Origin: a virus
Lineage: Duplodnaviria > Caudoviricetes
Reading direction: 5' to 3' (one strand)
Virus record (IMG/VR): IMGVR_UViG_3300020473_000031
Coordinates: 1 to 60,606 of that record
DNA length: 60,606 nucleotides
This document shows, one piece after another, positions 58,822 to 60,606 of this stretch. Both the position numbers and the translations under genes were made by a program. The notes under the pieces were generated by a model. The model saw nothing but the letters and a program-made list of their open reading frames with translations. It was not told where the DNA came from and ran no database searches. Every line of letters begins with the position of its first letter. Within the stretch, counting starts at the first letter, position 1.

Positions 58822-59096
58822 TGTACGTCCTCATATCTTCCCTCTTGTGATTTATACATAGCGGATGAAGATTGTTGTTCTTCCGTATTACTTTGTAACT
58901 CCAATTCATCCCAGTATTTGTTGTTAACTAAGAGATTAACTTCATTATATGGATAACAACTATGTTTTGCAATTTCAGGCGATTTATTCCACCTATGGAG
59001 TGTAAGAGTTATATACATTTTGTCAATGAAATTAACCTCTCCTATTTCATCTTTCCATTTGACAATTTGTCCTTTCTTAAACTCATTTAGTCGCAT
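58818..59096 (-). CDS. Hypothetical protein
   Basis: Probable start MRLNEFKKGQIVKW at 59096 (GAGGA upstream); the longer track start overlaps the neighbouring gene. Confidence 0.65.
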   Translation of the reverse strand: MRLNEFKKGQIVKWKDEIGEVNFIDKMYITLTLHRWNKSPEIAKHSCYPYNEVNLLVNNKYWDELELQSNTEEQQSSSAMYKSQEGRYEDVQ

Positions 59097-59106
59097 GTAA
59101 TCCTCC

Positions 59107-59295
59107 TCAGTGATTGTCAACAACGTCCCAAAACCATCCGATTGATTTGATATAATCAAAGCATGAATGTTTAGGCAATTCTTTATACCTATCTCCTCTA
59201 GAGTTTCTAACACCATCCATGTACAATTCTAGGTCACTAATTGTTTCAAACGTGCCATGTAATTGCTCTGAATTGTCATAAACTTTGTACTGCAT
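59107..59295 (-). CDS. Hypothetical protein
   Basis: 62-aa ORF in the early-type small-gene block. Confidence 0.65.
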   Translation of the reverse strand: MQYKVYDNSEQLHGTFETISDLELYMDGVRNSRGDRYKELPKHSCFDYIKSIGWFWDVVDNH

Positions 59296-59383
59296 TTGTC
59301 TAAGGGAAATTGTTAACTAGAGAGAACAATCATCAACATTATTATATGTGAGTTGATTGTAATCATATCATCATAAGTCATAA

Positions 59384-59617
59384 TTAGATGATTAAATATG
59401 TGTCGAATTCTTTTTGTTCAACACGTCTAACTTTCAAATAATCGTTAACATCTTCATCATACAATGTTACTGGTTTAAGTAACTCTTCCTCTGGCAAGTT
59501 TTCCAGAGTTGTTAATAAGTCAAGATAGGTCATTTGTTCATTAGATGTGAATGTATCAACATAACTATCCCACCCAGTTGTTAATGTATTCCACTGAATT
59601 AGGATAATTGGTTGCAT
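59384..59617 (-). CDS. Hypothetical protein (start uncertain; possibly MTYLDLL at 59533)
   Basis: The C-terminal half MTYLDLLTTLENLPEEELLKPVTLYD looks like a typical small phage protein. Confidence 0.55.
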   Translation of the reverse strand: MQPIILIQWNTLTTGWDSYVDTFTSNEQMTYLDLLTTLENLPEEELLKPVTLYDEDVNDYLKVRRVEQKEFDTYLII

Positions 59618-59636
59618 AATAGTGAGTTAATTAGTA

Positions 59637-59954
59637 TTACTTATAATGCACCATGTTGTCGAGGTTGTTATCATTTTCATTAGGTAATTCTGCCCCACTC
59701 TTTGATACATACTCTTTGATAATTGCGTATGCTTGATTAAAAATAGGAGTGAAATCTAATGACCCTCGTAGATCATGTGCAAGTTCATCTATCTGCTCTG
59801 ATGTTAAACAATGGTCAGGATGTCTAATATCACATAGAGGGATAGTATGCTCCACTAATTCATTCAAATTAATGGTAATTTCATAGTCACGATATACTGG
59901 CATGGGGGGATTAGGGTGTAATTGTTGATAATCAGGAGTAATGATTACGTCCAT
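59637..59954 (-). CDS. Hypothetical protein (alternative start MPVYRDY at 59903)
   Basis: Co-oriented, tightly packed ORF. Confidence 0.65.
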   Translation of the reverse strand: MDVIITPDYQQLHPNPPMPVYRDYEITINLNELVEHTIPLCDIRHPDHCLTSEQIDELAHDLRGSLDFTPIFNQAYAIIKEYVSKSGAELPNENDNNLDNMVHYK

Positions 59955-59956
59955 AT

Positions 59957-60175
59957 TTATCTCTCCCAGTACATTGAATTAAACTCAGCAATGTTTAAGT
60001 AATCATCATCATGTACCTGGGAATTGTTATCAATTTCAAATACAAATTCCTCTGCAAAATATTCAACTGGGATGCCTCCTAAATCCTCACAGCAACGTAA
60101 TATGTCACCTATTTGTTCATCTGACATCTCACATTCATCAATGCAAAATGCAATGTCTCGTTCTAATTGTGTCAT
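59957..60175 (-). CDS. Acidic hypothetical protein
   Basis: 72 aa, Asp/Glu-rich, with a VEYFAEEF motif. Confidence 0.65.
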   Translation of the reverse strand: MTQLERDIAFCIDECEMSDEQIGDILRCCEDLGGIPVEYFAEEFVFEIDNNSQVHDDDYLNIAEFNSMYWER

Positions 60176-60220
60176 GGTTGTTGTTAATTAAGGAACAAAA
60201 AATCGGGCGTTGATCCACAC

Positions 60221-60349
60221 CTACTGGCATAAATCTTCAAATCTTGCTTTAGCAATAGACTCACAAGATTCTTCATCTAAATGAGAATATTCTTCTAAAA
60301 CTTCCTCATAGATTGTTTCTAATAGTGCTTCGTGATGTAAAACTGACAT
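60221..60349 (-). CDS. Small acidic hypothetical protein (42 aa)
   Basis: Start moved to MSVLHHEALLETIYEEV...AKARFEDLCQ at 60349; GGAG upstream. Confidence 0.7.
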   Translation of the reverse strand: MSVLHHEALLETIYEEVLEEYSHLDEESCESIAKARFEDLCQ

Positions 60350-60354
60350 AATAA

Positions 60355-60582
60355 TTAAACTCCAATTAATGATACTGAATTGTTGTGATCTTGCTTTAAA
60401 TGTAAGCAAGTCTTATGAATTTGAAAGAGCAAAGACATATTAACTCCCTCCCAATCTGACCACTCTGATACATAATCCCAAGTGTCAAAATCACCTGTGC
60501 CATCAACATTTAGTGGGCATGATTTGAATTCTAAATCTTCATCAATCCAGAAGATTCTTCCAAAAGCGTCACTACTATACAT
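60355..60582 (-). CDS. Hypothetical protein
   Basis: 75 aa MYSSDAFGRIFWID..FKSCPLNVDGTGDFD; GGAGG Shine-Dalgarno upstream. Confidence 0.72.
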   Translation of the reverse strand: MYSSDAFGRIFWIDEDLEFKSCPLNVDGTGDFDTWDYVSEWSDWEGVNMSLLFQIHKTCLHLKQDHNNSVSLIGV

Positions 60583-60606
60583 TGTAAGTAACCTCCGTAG
60601 ATGATA

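Noticed and set aside
58183-59960. Additional ATAAATA motifs (about 58183 and 59954)
   Set aside because: One is inside coding sequence near a gene end and the other directly abuts a start codon; both are expected by chance in AT-rich DNA.

Overview
This AT-rich window comes from a large T4-like cyanomyovirus, probably infecting marine Prochlorococcus or Synechococcus. Essentially all genes lie on the minus strand. In transcription order from the right end: a block of small early-type ORFs; an intergenic control region (sigma70-like promoters, a dyad motif, DnaA-box-like nonamers); an AbrB-like ORF; a Cys-rich 800-aa protein; a PAAR spike tip; an auxiliary metabolic cluster (heme oxygenase plus four 2OG-Fe(II) oxygenase-type domains). 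The baseplate/tail module follows: gp25, gp6, a giant 8397-aa gp7-like protein, a gp9/gp10-like protein, a 1500-aa YHYH protein, gp8, a DUF4815/VrlC-like protein, a 2270-aa fibre and the start of gp13. The most striking observation is protein architecture. About 2,200 aa of the giant gp7 consist of 21 copies of a ~100-aa Cys/His beta module that are nested inside one another rather than tandem. They parse like balanced parentheses to depth 7, which predicts a branched single-chain appendage. The same module is inserted in frame, between 10-bp direct repeats, in a neighbouring gene. A second nested out-and-back architecture occurs at the fibre C-terminus. All family calls rest on manual motif recognition; no searches were run.
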